A stretch of 64,000 bases of DNA, from assembly GCF_006345805.1 (NCBI RefSeq), contig NC_042999.1:174359282-174423281 (forward strand), in the 5' to 3' direction. Source of the stretch: Octopus sinensis (lineage: Eukaryota). This document shows, one piece after another, positions 24,525-39,710 of this stretch. The notes under the pieces are model-generated. The model did no database searches and was not told where the DNA came from. It saw nothing but the letters and a program-made list of their open reading frames with translations. Position 1 is the stretch's first letter. Every line of letters starts with the position of its first letter. The position numbers were made by a program, and so were the translations under genes.

Positions 24525-24700
24525 CCTACAGGTGAGCACTATCAACCCTGGACTACATTGGATGGCATTCGACTCTCCTGAGTTTCTCTGTTCTTTGACT
24601 AGTATTGTTTTCACCTCGTAAAGTGTTCAAAAATCACCCTCCTCGCCAAACTAGCTTGGTGGGGTTGCCGGTTTAGTTGCCCGATCATGCAACATATATA
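24525..24700 (-). mobile_element. Probable RTE-clade 5' UTR fragment
   Basis: Shares ccctcctcgcca with the 5' region of the RTE fossil (37216-37227) and resembles mollusc RTE 5' UTRs from memory; not verified. Confidence 0.4.
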
Positions 24701-24940
24701 TCTTTTATGTTTAACCTTTTACTTGTTTCAGTCCTCTCTCTCCCTCTAATTATCACATTCTGGATATTCCTCTGTATCAAGGGAGGACGACCAGAAGGTA
24801 TCTATGACAATTTGCAACATTATAGACACTTTAAAAACAAGTAGCGAAAGCACAATGCATGTTACTAAGCCATACTCGCTGGGCACTGATAGCTTGTCAC
24901 GCATGTTTGTGTATGTGCGTGAGAGAGAGAGAGAGAGAGC

Positions 24941-24989
<49 letters not shown>

Positions 24990-25011
24990 CCTGTGTGTGT
25001 GTGTGTGTGTG

Positions 25012-25248
25012 TGAAATCAAAACTGTGTAATGAATGGTATATATGTTTATCCGGAAGGCAGGTTTTTCAGAAGCATTTTATTCACATACCTGCACACAAG
25101 CAATACAAAGTATAATATATATTATATACATTTTTACATACATACATCCACACACATATATATATATAATATATATATATAATATATATATATATATATT
25201 TATTTATATATATATATATATTTATTTATATTATATATATATTATATA

Positions 25249-25286
<38 letters not shown>

Positions 25287-25313
25287 TATTATATATTTAT
25301 TTATATATATATA

Positions 25314-25353
<40 letters not shown>

Positions 25354-26091
25354 ATAGAAGCCATATTAAGATGGCTTCTATACTTTACATTATCGAGCGA
25401 TTACTGTTTACATCTCATTCTGAGATTTAATGATGCCTATATATATATACATATATATATATACATACATGCATACATACATGCATATATACATACATGC
25501 ATACATACATGAATACATACACACATACATACATACATACATACACACATACATATACATACATACATACATATACATACATACATACATATACATACAT
25601 ACATATACATACATACATACATACATATACACGCACATACATATGTGTGTATAGACAGATAAATCTTTATTTACATGCTCGAGTCTGTGTGTGTGTGTAT
25701 GCGTGCTCAAGTGAAGTCAAAACTGAGTAATGAATGGTGTATATATCTATTTATGTTTATCTGTATATGTTTTTCAGGAGCATTTTATTCACACACCTGC
25801 ACACTTTCAGTATTTCTGATTTTTTTTTTTTTTAGAATATGAAAAAGTTGAATCAAGATGTTATGCTTCACTATCAAGCATAGGTTGCATCTCTTTTGAT
25901 GATTCTTTCCTGACATGAAGCTGGTTAGTGACTGTGTGGAATGGTACCCTCATTTCTCTCGGTTAAGATATATATTCTGTAAATATATTGAATCTTCTTT
26001 CTTCCTGAGGAAGCAATACAAAATATTATACATATTATACAAGGAAGCAATACAAAGTATCATATATATTATATACATTTTTACATATATA

Positions 26092-26149
<58 letters not shown>

Positions 26150-26230
26150 CGTACACATACATATACACATACATACATATGTGTATATAGACAGATAAAT
26201 CTTTACATGTTCGAGAGAGCGTGTGTGTGC
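25012..26230. repeat. Degenerate tandem duplication of microsatellite-spaced blocks
   Basis: gtgaa.tcaaaactg.gtaatgaatgg..ttcag.agcattttattcaca.acctgcacac occurs at about 25012 and 25711. aagcaatacaaagtat occurs at about 25098 and 26045. tagacagataaatcttta occurs at about 25651 and 26188. Confidence 0.75.
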
Positions 26231-26710
26231 ATGTGTGTGTACGTGTGTGTGCTATTGTTATGTTATTCATACATTTATTCACAACACCATTCCAAGAATA
26301 TATGAGACGTGTTTCTCTTAGCAACGCTTTTCGATAACATCTACATAATAAGAATTTATACCTTCACATCATACTGTCATTTTATTTTTGTTACGTCAAA
26401 TCTACTTCAAGTCGGAAAAGTTTTGGAAATTTGAAATAGTCAATAATATAGCTGTCCAGATTCAATTATCGATTTCTGCCAACTGAATGTTCTATAAGGA
26501 TGAAGTCAAATTAGCCCGGGATAATTTTTATATATTTCTTGTTACAAAGAATTATTTATTTTCTTTTTCTGGTGTTGAGACTTTTTTGTTATATATAAAT
26601 ATATTTAATATATGATTTCACATATGTGTTAATCATATTTAAGTATGTGCGTGTATACATATATATATATATATATACATTATATAATATATATATATAT
26701 ATATATACAT

Positions 26711-26762
<52 letters not shown>

Positions 26763-27296
26763 GCGCGCACATACATTATATAATATATAGAGAGAGATAT
26801 AGCTATAGATATACATATAGCTAATGTAGTTTTAAGATTTTCGCTCCAGGAAAGAAGCAATCGATTTAAATGGTTAAAATGAGATGAAAACTATATCTGT
26901 ATCGAATTTAGAAGCCTTTATATTTATTTCTGTAAACTTTTTCCCAATTGCTGCGTGTTAATAAAAGGGGAAAATACAGTTAAACATTGATTTGCCAAAG
27001 AAACATGACGTTATTCGGAGATGAAATATGTCCTGTCACTAGCTATTTTTAAAACAATAAAGATTGGTATATCAACTTGTATTTTTAACTTGCAATTGCC
27101 AACTTTGACATATCAATACAAATACGAAAAAATAATCCCTTTTCTAAAGAAAGTTTTACTCACTACAAAGATTTCATTTCATTATATATGTATTCAAAGA
27201 GGAAAATGAATGTGTACATATATGTATATATATAATACTTTATTTTATATGTATTCACATACACGCACACACTCACACACACACACACACACACAC

Positions 27297-27355
<59 letters not shown>

Positions 27356-27415
27356 TACCTACACGCACATGTTATGCATACATATTCATTATGTGTGTAT
27401 GTATATATATATACC

Positions 27416-27464
<49 letters not shown>

Positions 27465-28574
27465 TATATGTGGTAAAGCATGATATACTGATTTGGCAAC
27501 TTATATATATATGTGTGAGTGTGTGCATACATATATACATACATACACACATACGAATGAGCATGCGTGTAAGTCTTCATATTTATATTAATATATATAA
27601 ATATATATCACATATCATATATAATATATATACATGTTTCAATTTAAGTATATGTGTACATGCGCGTGTATATATTCGTACATACTTACATGTGCATGCA
27701 CACGTGTAAATTTATGTGTGTACGTTGCTATTTAATTTAATTTTCTTTGTAAAATGCAATGAATTAATAAAAACAAAAATTCTTTCGTAATCAATACCGA
27801 GGTAATAATTTCAAAATTGGAATTACTATTTCTTGCTTGAAAAATCTAATTTTCGTCAGTTGATTGTCTGAAAATTGTCAGAGAATATTGAGAAAAGCAT
27901 CACATTATTGGTAAGTTCAGCAACATATAGTATACGTTATATTCTTTAAGCTAAAATAATCGAAAAGAGAAGAATCTAGTAAAATTAATAAAATACCAAA
28001 TAAGGTGTTGCATTATAACTTAGCGGTATAATGTTCGAAGAATAACAGTTTTTCGAATGTCAATTTTTTTCCATATATTACCCACTATCTTTCTTGCTAA
28101 TAGATTTCCAACTTGATTTTTAGATTCAAAACTGGTTGAGGTGATTTACTTCTTTCATTTGCAATATCTTCTCCATATCTTGACATAAAACAGCGAAGTT
28201 TGCAAGTTTGAATAAATTCATTCTTTAAAATATCCTGTTTTGTCCCATAAATTTGCAACGTATTTTGACCAAATAAGATCAACAATACAGTTTTATCTAA
28301 AATTGTTGCTACAGAAAATTAACTAAATATTTCTTTTAATGTTTAATTAGATATGAAAGAGCAACTTTCATGGCGACAATTTTGCATAAACCTTCAAGAC
28401 TGACTGGAAGAGTTGGTGTGGGAAACAAATTGGTAATTTGATCAGAATGCTAACAACAGAGAGGACTCCACCAAAAGTACGCAAGTGGCTACTGTTTCTG
28501 TTAAAATGACTGACGATTTAACACAGCCACGATCTACAACACTCCCAAAACAGGTACATTTCATCAGGCAAGTT

Positions 28575-28720
28575 TCAATACAGTTTCTGTTTACCAAATT
28601 TGATTTACAAGACTTGAGTCAACCTGAAAATATAGTAGAAAATACATTTGTCTAAGACGCTGCGCAGTGAGATCGGACTAGGAAGCGTATGATAGGGAAA
28701 TGATCTTTTTACAACACAGT
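28575..28720 (-). mobile_element. SINE family F3, diverged head
   Basis: cagtttctgtttaccaaatt..tatagtagaaaatacatttgtctaagacgctgcgcagtgagatcg is a reverse-complement match to 58540-58640. Confidence 0.55.
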
Positions 28721-28779
28721 CACCCAGAAACAATCTACAATGATTAATGGAGTTGGTCTGACATTGCTAAACGATACAA

Positions 28780-29400
28780 AAAAATCACGTAAAATATAAC
28801 GTCCAAAGAAGGAAGTCCGCGAGAAAATTACGCACTGTCATTGATGTTGCTATTATCGCCTCGGTCATTCCTAATAAAGCACTTTAAAGCCGGCTTTTCA
28901 AAGTGTGTCGAGGAGTATATTATCCATTTCACTTTACATTTTATCAAGAGGGTAGTATGTAAACTAAATTTGGGGGGTCATTATTTCTCTACGTGAATAG
29001 CGATTATTTCTAGATGCTTAAAGAGATCGAATCTAAAACATTGTTACTGCTAATGATTATTAGATTTCAGACATTGTAAACCTGTAAGGACGTTATTACA
29101 AATGAAAATATTATCCACCAGAGCCATTTTGTAGCTAATTTTGCACAATCATTTTTATTTGGCTTGCCAAAGATGTATTAATGCACATCATTGTCAAATA
29201 AGTATATGTTCGGACAGCTAGTCGAATTGATAAAATGTTGGACTAACAACCGAAATATGATACAGTTAAAGCAATTAAATTGTCCAGGTGGCTTATCTAT
29301 AAATAGGTACCAAGAGTTATTATAGGGGACTCCTATAGGCAGTCGTAACAACACGGAAAAATTAGTAAACATTTCGTTTTTGCATGACTAAATTATTGCC
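28780..29400 (+). mobile_element. Possible Penelope-like RT fossil
   Basis: LVELIKCWTN..YQELL*GTPIGS (about 29215-29345) resembles the PLE RT motif Y.Q..GTPMGS. Heavily decayed. Confidence 0.3.
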
Positions 29401-29596
29401 TCCTCTGATATAGGCTATAGAGTGAACATCCTGTCTCATTCATTATGTACTACATAAATGCAAACTTTCCACACAATTAATTATGGGTTCCAACACTAAT
29501 AAAGTAATACGTTCCAATGACTTTTTCTTTTGCATAAATTATTAGAAAGGGATATACAAAAATAGATCAGTTGCGGTCAATTGAAAGTTCGACATT

Positions 29597-30000
29597 TTTT
29601 TTTCTAGTTTCAGCTCAGAGCTGTGGTCATGCTGATGCACCGCCGTTTTGCTACACTGTTATTACTAAGAGCCTCCTTTAATATGTGACACTTGGTAAAG
29701 CATGGAGTTTGATACAGCTACCCTCATTTGTACCTCTTGCCGTGAGGTAGGTTCATCTGGGACTCTCAACAAGAAGAGGTCCAGCTTCGATTTATAAACA
29801 CCTACATCTACTTTCTGCAAGTTCCTCAGACTCTTTGGGAGAATATTAAAAAGCTGTGGGCCCTTGAAACCCAGGCTGTTGAAGTAACTGGTCCTGAAGC
29901 GTGATAGCATTGCTGGGACCTTTGGCACTATGCAGTGTCGTCCCGTTCTGGCATTGGTGTAGCTTTCAATGCCAAAATTTAGTAATCTTTTACCAACACT
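29597..30000 (-). mobile_element. CR1-clade LINE 3' end
   Basis: NFGIESYTNARTGRHCIVPKVP..NSLGFKGPQLFNILPKSLR..KLDLFLLRVPDEP..SNSML, then 3' tail catgaccacagctctgagctgaaactag and a poly(A). Confidence 0.85.
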
Positions 30001-30753
30001 GACACATGTCCATGACGAATGCTCTTGTTAATTGACAAAAAACACACTCCACGTACTTTGTAAACAAGTATCGAAGGTAAAACCTGGAGCATTGCATAAT
30101 TTATGAATGCTTTTGTTGGCTTCAAATCTTGATTGTCTACTCTTCGATATATTACTACAAATTCCCAAGCTTAATCCTCAACAGAATATTTTTCCTTGCA
30201 ACTCATATTTTTCTCTCTCATTTTAAAGTGTTACATTCTCTGCATTAAACTAAGTATTCATGTACATTTATTTTTTATAAAAATCCAAACTATGCTCGTT
30301 CTTATGGGTTTATATCAGTTTTAACAGTCAAACTTGGTCCGAGATGAAAATATCGTTGATCATAGATACGCACTGTGGCAAGAGTGCTGGGCTTTGTGTT
30401 GTTGCTGTTTGTACTCTCAATTAAAATTATGTATTTTTTCTAAAATACAAAAATTGTGATATGAGCTGATGACCGAATGCTATTAGTTCGTCACCTTATT
30501 ACCTTGCTTGTTTTACATCTGCAATCACAGGACGAAACCCAAATCTTTCAAGAAAGGACTTTTCCACTTAATACTAAACAAATAATATATTTCTCAAACT
30601 ACAAACTTATTTATAGGGCAATAGCGCAATTCGAGACCGCGATATTGTTCCGAATTCCGGTCGGAGCCATTTCACTTTTAACTTTATCCTTCTCTTGCCT
30701 CTAAGGAAAGATGCTAACATCACAATTGGTAATTCACCCTCAAATGTGTGTGT

Positions 30754-30791
<38 letters not shown>

Positions 30792-30844
30792 CTGTGTGTG
30801 TGTGCGCCTGTGTGTGTGCGCGTGTGTGTGTGTGTGTACATGGA

Positions 30845-31100
30845 TGGAAGGCGCAGCAGTTAAAACAATCTTTTGCACTTCTTGCTGGGATGGTAAACCA
30901 GAGATCATTCTCAAATAATTTTCACTTCCTTTTTTAACCATTCCAAGTGCTCCTACAATCATTGGTATTGCAACCGTCTTGAGATGCCACATTATTTTCG
31001 ATTTCAATGAACAAATCTTTACATTTTCTGAATTTGTCAAATTCTTTTGAAGACTTATTATGATCACAAGGAGTATTCATGTCTATCAGTAAATAGACTT
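30845..31100 (-). mobile_element. R4/Dong C-terminal fragment
   Basis: MWHLKTVAIPMIVGALGMVKKGSENYL..PSQQEVQKIVL. Confidence 0.8.
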
Positions 31101-31104
31101 TATA

Positions 31105-31190
31105 ATTAGAATTTTCTGTAGGTCGTGCAGCTCATCCCGGTAAAAAGGTCCCTGAATAAGGGTTGTTTAAGGATGATGAACGAAACAGTC
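31105..31190 (-). mobile_element. Truncated second copy of the 19135-19690 element
   Basis: 33-nt exact match plus flanking similarity. Abuts the (ATT)n tract at 31194-31225. Confidence 0.8.
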
Positions 31191-31225
31191 ATATTTATTA
31201 TTATTTATTTATTATTATTATTATT

Positions 31226-33250
<2,025 letters not shown>

Positions 33251-33630
33251 GCCTTTGCACAGCTTCTAACGCTGGAGATGTTCTACGGTGTCAGCTGTTC
33301 ACTACCAGTGAACTAAGGTAATACCTCTTATTTTTCGAGCACCTTCCGGAGTATTCGAGCGGTTCCAAGCAGTGCTGTTTTCTGCAAGTGCTCCACCCTT
33401 ATTGCAGCTCCTATTTGTTCCATGTACTTCTCGAAATTTTTACTCACTGTTACCAGGGCTCCGACAATTATTGGTACCACTACCACCTTTTTCATCGACC
33501 ACAACTGCTTTACCTCCCAATCTAACTTGTAATACCTATCGACATTTCTTTCTTCCTTATCGCATACTTTGTCAACTGGACATGCTATATCTATGATCCA
33601 GCATAGTTTGGGTTCTTTCTCAATTAAGAC
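33251..33630 (-). mobile_element. R4/Dong 3' fragment of a different subfamily, (TAA)n on both sides
   Basis: LCWIIDIACPVD..VDRYYKLDWEVKQLW..VVPIIVGAL..LQKTALLGTARILRKVL. Confidence 0.9.
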
Positions 33631-33683
<53 letters not shown>

Positions 33684-33799
33684 GTTTGCTTTAGTTCATA
33701 AACGAAAAATAAAAATAGCTTTATATAGACAAATTCGCCGAACATTCTTTTCCTTGCGTCTCTTTAAATACTGCATGATGAATGTAATTATCTTTGAAA

Positions 33800-36700
33800 T
33801 GTATAAATATTCTCAGTATATTTTTTAGTGATGCCCCAACAAATACAACAGAGTAATAGTTTCCCTAATTTCAACATGAATATTGCGTTTTTTGTAAAAC
33901 AGCTTTGAGACAGACCTTATATCTTACCTTCGGTTTTTAATGAGGTTTTCCCAGAATATAGTTCTCCAAAGAGTAGACCCTTTGGTGTTAATTCCTTTTC
34001 CATACGAACTACGTTGACCTGCCTACCTGAGTCTGCTACGTTACAAAAGAACTTCTCTAACCCTAACTCTAACTTCTCTGAATAAAAACTTGCTTTCTTC
34101 CAGACATCATTCACATAATATAACAAAAGACAAAATATGTCGAAGACAGTATTGCTAAAAATGCTTCAAGTGATTAATGTGTTTTGACTGCATTGTCCAT
34201 GTTTCAGAATCATACAACAAAGCAGACAAAATGTTTGCTTTGAAAATAAATATTTCAATGTTATTTCGTAAATATCTTTAAGATTATTATGAAGATTGTT
34301 ATTTTGCAAAAGATATTAACTTCTGAATTCTATTTGCGATTTTTCCATCGAGTTATTACCATCTCTGTTTAACAAGCTACAAATACATTTGAAGGGCGAT
34401 ATGATTTTCAAATTTTAGAATCCACGCATAACAGTTTTATAAATGTTTATTATGAAACCTAATTCCAATGAAATTTTGTTCATCAGAGTTTATAGATCTT
34501 TTTCATTGTCTACATGTTCCCTGTCATCAGCGCACAAGAGGTATTGTATCAGAGATTCAGAAGTGTGAAATTTAGAATGAAGCTGATGGAGGTCGAATAA
34601 CTTGCTAGTTGTACTATAGTCTCTGAAAGAGATTGAAAAATATTATTGTGAAATATATGGCACACAGACTAAAAATGACACTTCACAAATTATAATAGAT
34701 GCTCCCATGTCATCATTGGAGGAATTTGATAATATTTGTGAATATATCAGGACAACTATCTAAGAACCGCCCATAACACATCACGGTTCACTGAATTAAA
34801 GGCCTTAGTGAGATCACTGAAGCAGTGAAAGAGGTCATGTGTCTACGCAGTACTTTTCTCTTGTGATTAACGAGTGGAAAATAGCAATTCATTGGTTGTT
34901 CATCCAGTACGATAACCTGACTGACACTTGAAAAGAAGGAATATTCAATATTTTCCATGCTACACTAAGGAGACACGCAGTAGTTCGCGAACGAATCATC
35001 ACGTGCCTAAACTACACTTTCCTTTCTTCAGTACTTTCAACAAAACATCTCTACAATTTTGAGAAACTATGTCATTTTCTCACAGATTATACATATATCA
35101 CTGTTCGAAACATCCTATTTTGCCCTAATATATCTGAAATCAATACTAGGATTTTATAAATTTTTAGATTTGGCAAAGTAATTCTTACTTCATTCGAAGT
35201 TGGTGGATTATCAAGTAAGTTTTTCTCTGAAATTTGCTGAATTAGTTCGAAAAAGAGCAATGAATGTTTAATGAACATTTTAGCAACTCACTAATATTCT
35301 TGTCATCACTGAAGGATCTTACCCGAATCTTTAAAATGAGATTTACTATCCATAGCTTTTATGGAAGCAGTGGAAATTGAGTGAAGACCCTAAATTTGAT
35401 TTATAAAAGAGTGAATCTTCTTAATATCCTTTTTATCATAAGCTTCCTGAAGATCCAAACCATGAAAAAACATTAAATTCATCCCATATTTTTCATGGTC
35501 TGGATTTTTTTACTTTACAGCTAGGTCTGAGAATTTTTATTTTAACCAAATTATTTCATAAGTCTTTTTGCGTGGATATTAAAATTTTTATATACTTATA
35601 ATTTTCATCAAACCGGTCCTTAATTTTGGATTTTATTACATCTCATTACTTTTGATAAATCACTTTTTTTTTCTGAAGTATCTTTTTATTGATAGTATCT
35701 TCCAATGAACAAAAAATACTTCCAAAGAGAATGCTCTAAATTACGCCTAACAGATATTTTACTTATTTTACGACTTTGAACGCTTTTTAGAAGTTTAACA
35801 TTTTAGTTTCTAGCTTTGAGCCTTACCTTGAACTTCGGTTTGGTTCATACAAGGTCATGATCTATATAAACGGTGCAGCATCTCTTGAAACCCGAATATC
35901 CTGCTAGTTGAGTGTAAAATCAATTATGCACTATTTCTGATAACCAGGATAAATTCAAGTTCCTTTGTGGATTTCTTTATGGTCAAACAAGGAGTTATAA
36001 AGAGATCCAATTGTGTGTACATTTGTAGCCAAAATAAATCATTGGTGTTTGAATTGCTTTGACTCATTCTATGATGTGCCATGGAGCCCCATATTTCAAA
36101 TCTTCACCAACTCATGTGTTGCAGTCCCCAAAAATTAATATTTTATCTTCAAATTTTTCCGAATAATACTTTTTAGTTTCTCATTTAACATACTTACAGA
36201 TTTTTGCTTTTACCTGGACCCCCTCATTGTTAATGTACCGGCACTGATGAGCGTCACTGAGTAACCATAAAATACAGACATGGTCTGGACATAAGTCTAT
36301 CATTTAAGTCAGTATGATTTAGTACTTTTTTTTTACTACAAAACCCACTCTAGGCTCCCTCCTCTGGTTACCATCTCTTCCAAGTCAAAAAATAGCGTAA
36401 GCATTATTCTTTTAATACTTTGGCAGTCACCAGTAAAACGGATCTTAGATAAAGTACCTGTGATAATTTCAAAGGCTGTTTTCTTTCGACAGATTTCTCA
36501 TTATTAATTAATATTTTTAAAGTCCAAAAACCAATCAGAAAATCAGACACGTACTTTACGACAGTCGTGTAATGACGACCTGGACCAACTGCCCTCCTTT
36601 GGAATCCCTGCCAAGACAAACCTGCAAGCATGAGAGTTTTATATTTCATAAAATAGATGTTTTTGTGTATTTTAAAGTTGATCCTTTGCACAGGATCACC

Positions 36701-37230
36701 TAAAAGATATCACCGAAAGAACATGGTTAAAGGTCGCACAATATACACGAGAATACATTTGTCAAAGGGTGTTAGGTCAGATAATTAATTATAAAGCATT
36801 TTAACATAACTGCATCATCTATATTAACAAGTAATACTTGTACCCGAATAAGATCTAATATGTCCACAAGGAAAGGAAGACGCAGCAACATACTGCCTTA
36901 CTTAACCATATGTAAAAATCATCAACATTAGGGCAATGCTAAGATCATTGGGTACTGCAAATGGTTTCAAATCAAATATTATTTTGGCTTGACTTACCGG
37001 GTTTTTATTCGTCGTGGTTTTCTCGTAGACTAGCTGCCTTCACCAGAGCTAAAGAGCACAGGTCTACCCATTTCCCAGCGGACTTACAATCCACTCATTC
37101 TCCACCATAGTCTTTCTAAGTCCCTGCCTAGTGTTGTTAGATAGTCATTGACCTTACGTGAGATTCATTCATCTTTTGACAGATCTTGATTTTGTCTAAC
37201 TGCTGTTGTAGCAACCCTCCTCGCCAGGTT
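33800..37230 (-). mobile_element. Near full-length fossil RTE-clade LINE (about 3.4 kb)
   Basis: Colinear remnants on the minus strand: 5' UTR (36990-37230); APE pieces TLISA (about 36250) and GDCNT*VGED (about 36120); RT pieces QSGYRTG..DLTKAFNSVNRDVLW (34780-34930) and LFDLHQL..YLLCADD (34520-34620); C-terminal VVRMEKELTPKGLLFGEL (33950-34010). Confidence 0.75.
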
Positions 37231-37671
37231 ATATAGAGGTATTTTGCATAAATGAAACGAAAATGAGCTAAGAGAAATTATACAGAGATACTACTGAACA
37301 AAAAAGACAATAAAGGTGCATTAAATAACATAAATGATAAACTTTTGATTTATTGAAATCGTCTCCTTTTCCAAAGTAAGTAGATCAATCATTTGGAGAC
37401 AAAATGAGGGTGGGAGATAATCTCAAGAACCAAGAATTTCTCCAAAATTTACATATCACTAAGAAAAAGACAGTCCGATAGTCTAAAGACAAGAGAACAT
37501 CTGTTGACACATGTTTCTGCATCAATATGAGTCATCGGCACAGCAGTTGTATCTTACTTTCTGCAGACGAGATACTTAGACACATGCAAAACAGAGTAGG
37601 ACACATTTTTGACCTAATTTGCATAAATGAAACGAAAATGAGATAATAGAAATAATTCAAATGCCAGTGAC

Positions 37672-37715
<44 letters not shown>

Positions 37716-37734
37716 ATGTGTGTGTGTATGTATG

Positions 37735-37770
<36 letters not shown>

Positions 37771-37981
37771 TGTATGTATGCATGCATGCATGTATGTATG
37801 TATGCATGTATGCATGTATGTATATTATTCTGTTTCTGCTTCCAGACACTTTTTATTCCTAGTTGAGAAGTGAGGAAAATAAATTATCTGAAAACCAAAA
37901 CTCTCAACATCAAAATATACAAACAAAACTAAAGGAATCGTGAAGCAAAGACAAAGCTAAACTAAACAAGAAAAAATTGCC

Positions 37982-38209
37982 AAATCTCTTGTTATATTTT
38001 GCACAACCCCATTAATGAAACAAGACGAATTTTTATTAAACTTTGATAACTGCGTAGCATTCATGTATATAGGGAAACTTGCAATAGTGTCTGTTTGTTG
38101 AGATAGTTGCCAAATCTGCAGGTTAAATGAATGCTATGAAGTTATCAAAGTTTAATAAAAATTCGTCTTGTCTCATTAATGGGGCTCTGTATATTATGAC
38201 AAGAGATTT
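37982..38209. repeat. Foldback element with 83-bp inverted arms
   Basis: Arms 37982-38064 and 38127-38209, including a perfect 32-bp core (38020-38051 vs 38140-38171). A-rich and T-rich flanks extend the symmetry loosely. Confidence 0.9.
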
Positions 38210-38759
38210 TGATAACTTTTTATTTGGTTTTGATTTTATTTTGTGAGTTTTGCATTTTGTTTTCACTTGTATTTGATTTTGTTTTATGATATCGTTGAGT
38301 TGGTTACTTTTGTTTGTAAGCTGTTTGACGTTATTTGTGTTTTGTTTTTGTTTTTTCTATGTATATGTGTTGCGCATTTTTTCTTTTTCTTCTTTTAATT
38401 TTATATCAGATCATTTATTTTCTTCACTTCTCCTTAACTAGGAAAATATTCTTTTGAAAATACATTCAAATCCACTAAAAGAGAATTACCTATTTCAGTT
38501 TCTCTTTAAATGCTAGTTCTCTTTTCAGATACTCACAACTCTTCATTTGCTTCAGTTGCTCTCTTAATTTCCTGCCCTTCTTTTACAGACCTGTGCACAG
38601 CCATTACCAGTACACATGTTCTCCGTGAAACATTCATTGACCTGTTACATTTAAACTTGCACAAAATTTGCATTTCTCATTTCTCCATTCATTTAGAAGT
38701 CTGCAAAAGTTTTGATCGATTCAACATTCAACGATCTTTAAAATTCTTTCCCTCTCTCA

Positions 38760-38778
38760 CTCTCTTCCTCTTCCTCTT

Positions 38779-38815
<37 letters not shown>

Positions 38816-39340
38816 ACCTCTATCTACCTTTTTTCCCTGTTTAGTTTCTCTAGCTTTTTTGTTTTTGGTTTTTTGTCCTTTTCTTTAACTGCAATTTCAA
38901 GCTCTGTTGCCTTAATTATTGTTCTTGTAGTCTAGTATTTTCACATTCTGTTTGATCGTGATGTGGCACATTTGATAAAAAGAGTTTCAACTTTCTCTGT
39001 AAAACGTTCTCTAATTGCACAGAATCTCATATGCTTTTACTCTTGTTTTCTCTTTTTTCTCATCTTCTTTCTCTTTTTCTTACCTTCTTTTTCTTTTTCA
39101 TACTTCCTTTCTCTTTTTCTCACCTATCTCTTTTTCTTACTTTTTCTCACTCGCTTTCTTTTTCGTTTTCTTTCTCTCTCTTTCATTCTCTGTCTCTCTC
39201 ACATTCTTATTTATTGTTCTCCTCTTTTTTCATTACTCTCACTATTCTTTCATATTTTCTTTTCTCTCTCTCTCTCTCTCTAACTCTATCTCTAGTTTTC
39301 TATCTCCAGCTTTCTCCCTGCCTATATCTCAATCTCTCCT

Positions 39341-39394
<54 letters not shown>

Positions 39395-39420
39395 ATTTTA
39401 CCCAATGTCTTTCTTTTTCT
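38760..39420. repeat. CT/T-rich low-complexity and (CT)n region
   Basis: Direct reading; source of spurious L/S/F-rich ORFs. Confidence 0.9.
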
Positions 39421-39641
39421 CTCGTATAAAGTGAATTTCTTTTAGCTAACTTAGAAACTAGTATCGATGAAATATTTGTAACACAAGACCAAATAAGAAA
39501 TTGTTAAAAGGATAAAGCGAATGGTGTCATATAACAAGATAAACTCCTCTCACTTCGATCTAAAGTAGCCAGTTCAAAAGATTGAAAAGACACTCGTGGT
39601 TTTGAAGTATACATATATGTGTGTGTGTATGTTAATGCATG

Positions 39642-39710
<69 letters not shown>

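Noticed and set aside
33928-34077. Apparent 150-nt exon with Walker A motif GELYSGKT
   Set aside because: The peptide matches the RTE ORF2 C-terminal pattern (HV.RM...PK.L..GEL..GKR) and is colinear with RT and endonuclease remnants upstream.
35191-37610. Chain of minus-strand pseudo-exons spelling a seemingly secreted protein (..SLSWQGFQRRAVGPGRHY..)
   Set aside because: Most segments overlap RTE endonuclease remnants in other frames, and joining them needs ad hoc splice choices with no codon-bias support.
38510-39434. L/S/F-rich, Y/I-rich, R/E-rich and V/C-rich ORFs here and at 6844-7114, 25034-25730, 44862-45359, 46720-47225, 48280-48708 and 60539-61061
   Set aside because: They are translations of (CT)n, (TA)n, (GA)n, (GT)n or polypyrimidine tracts, not genes.
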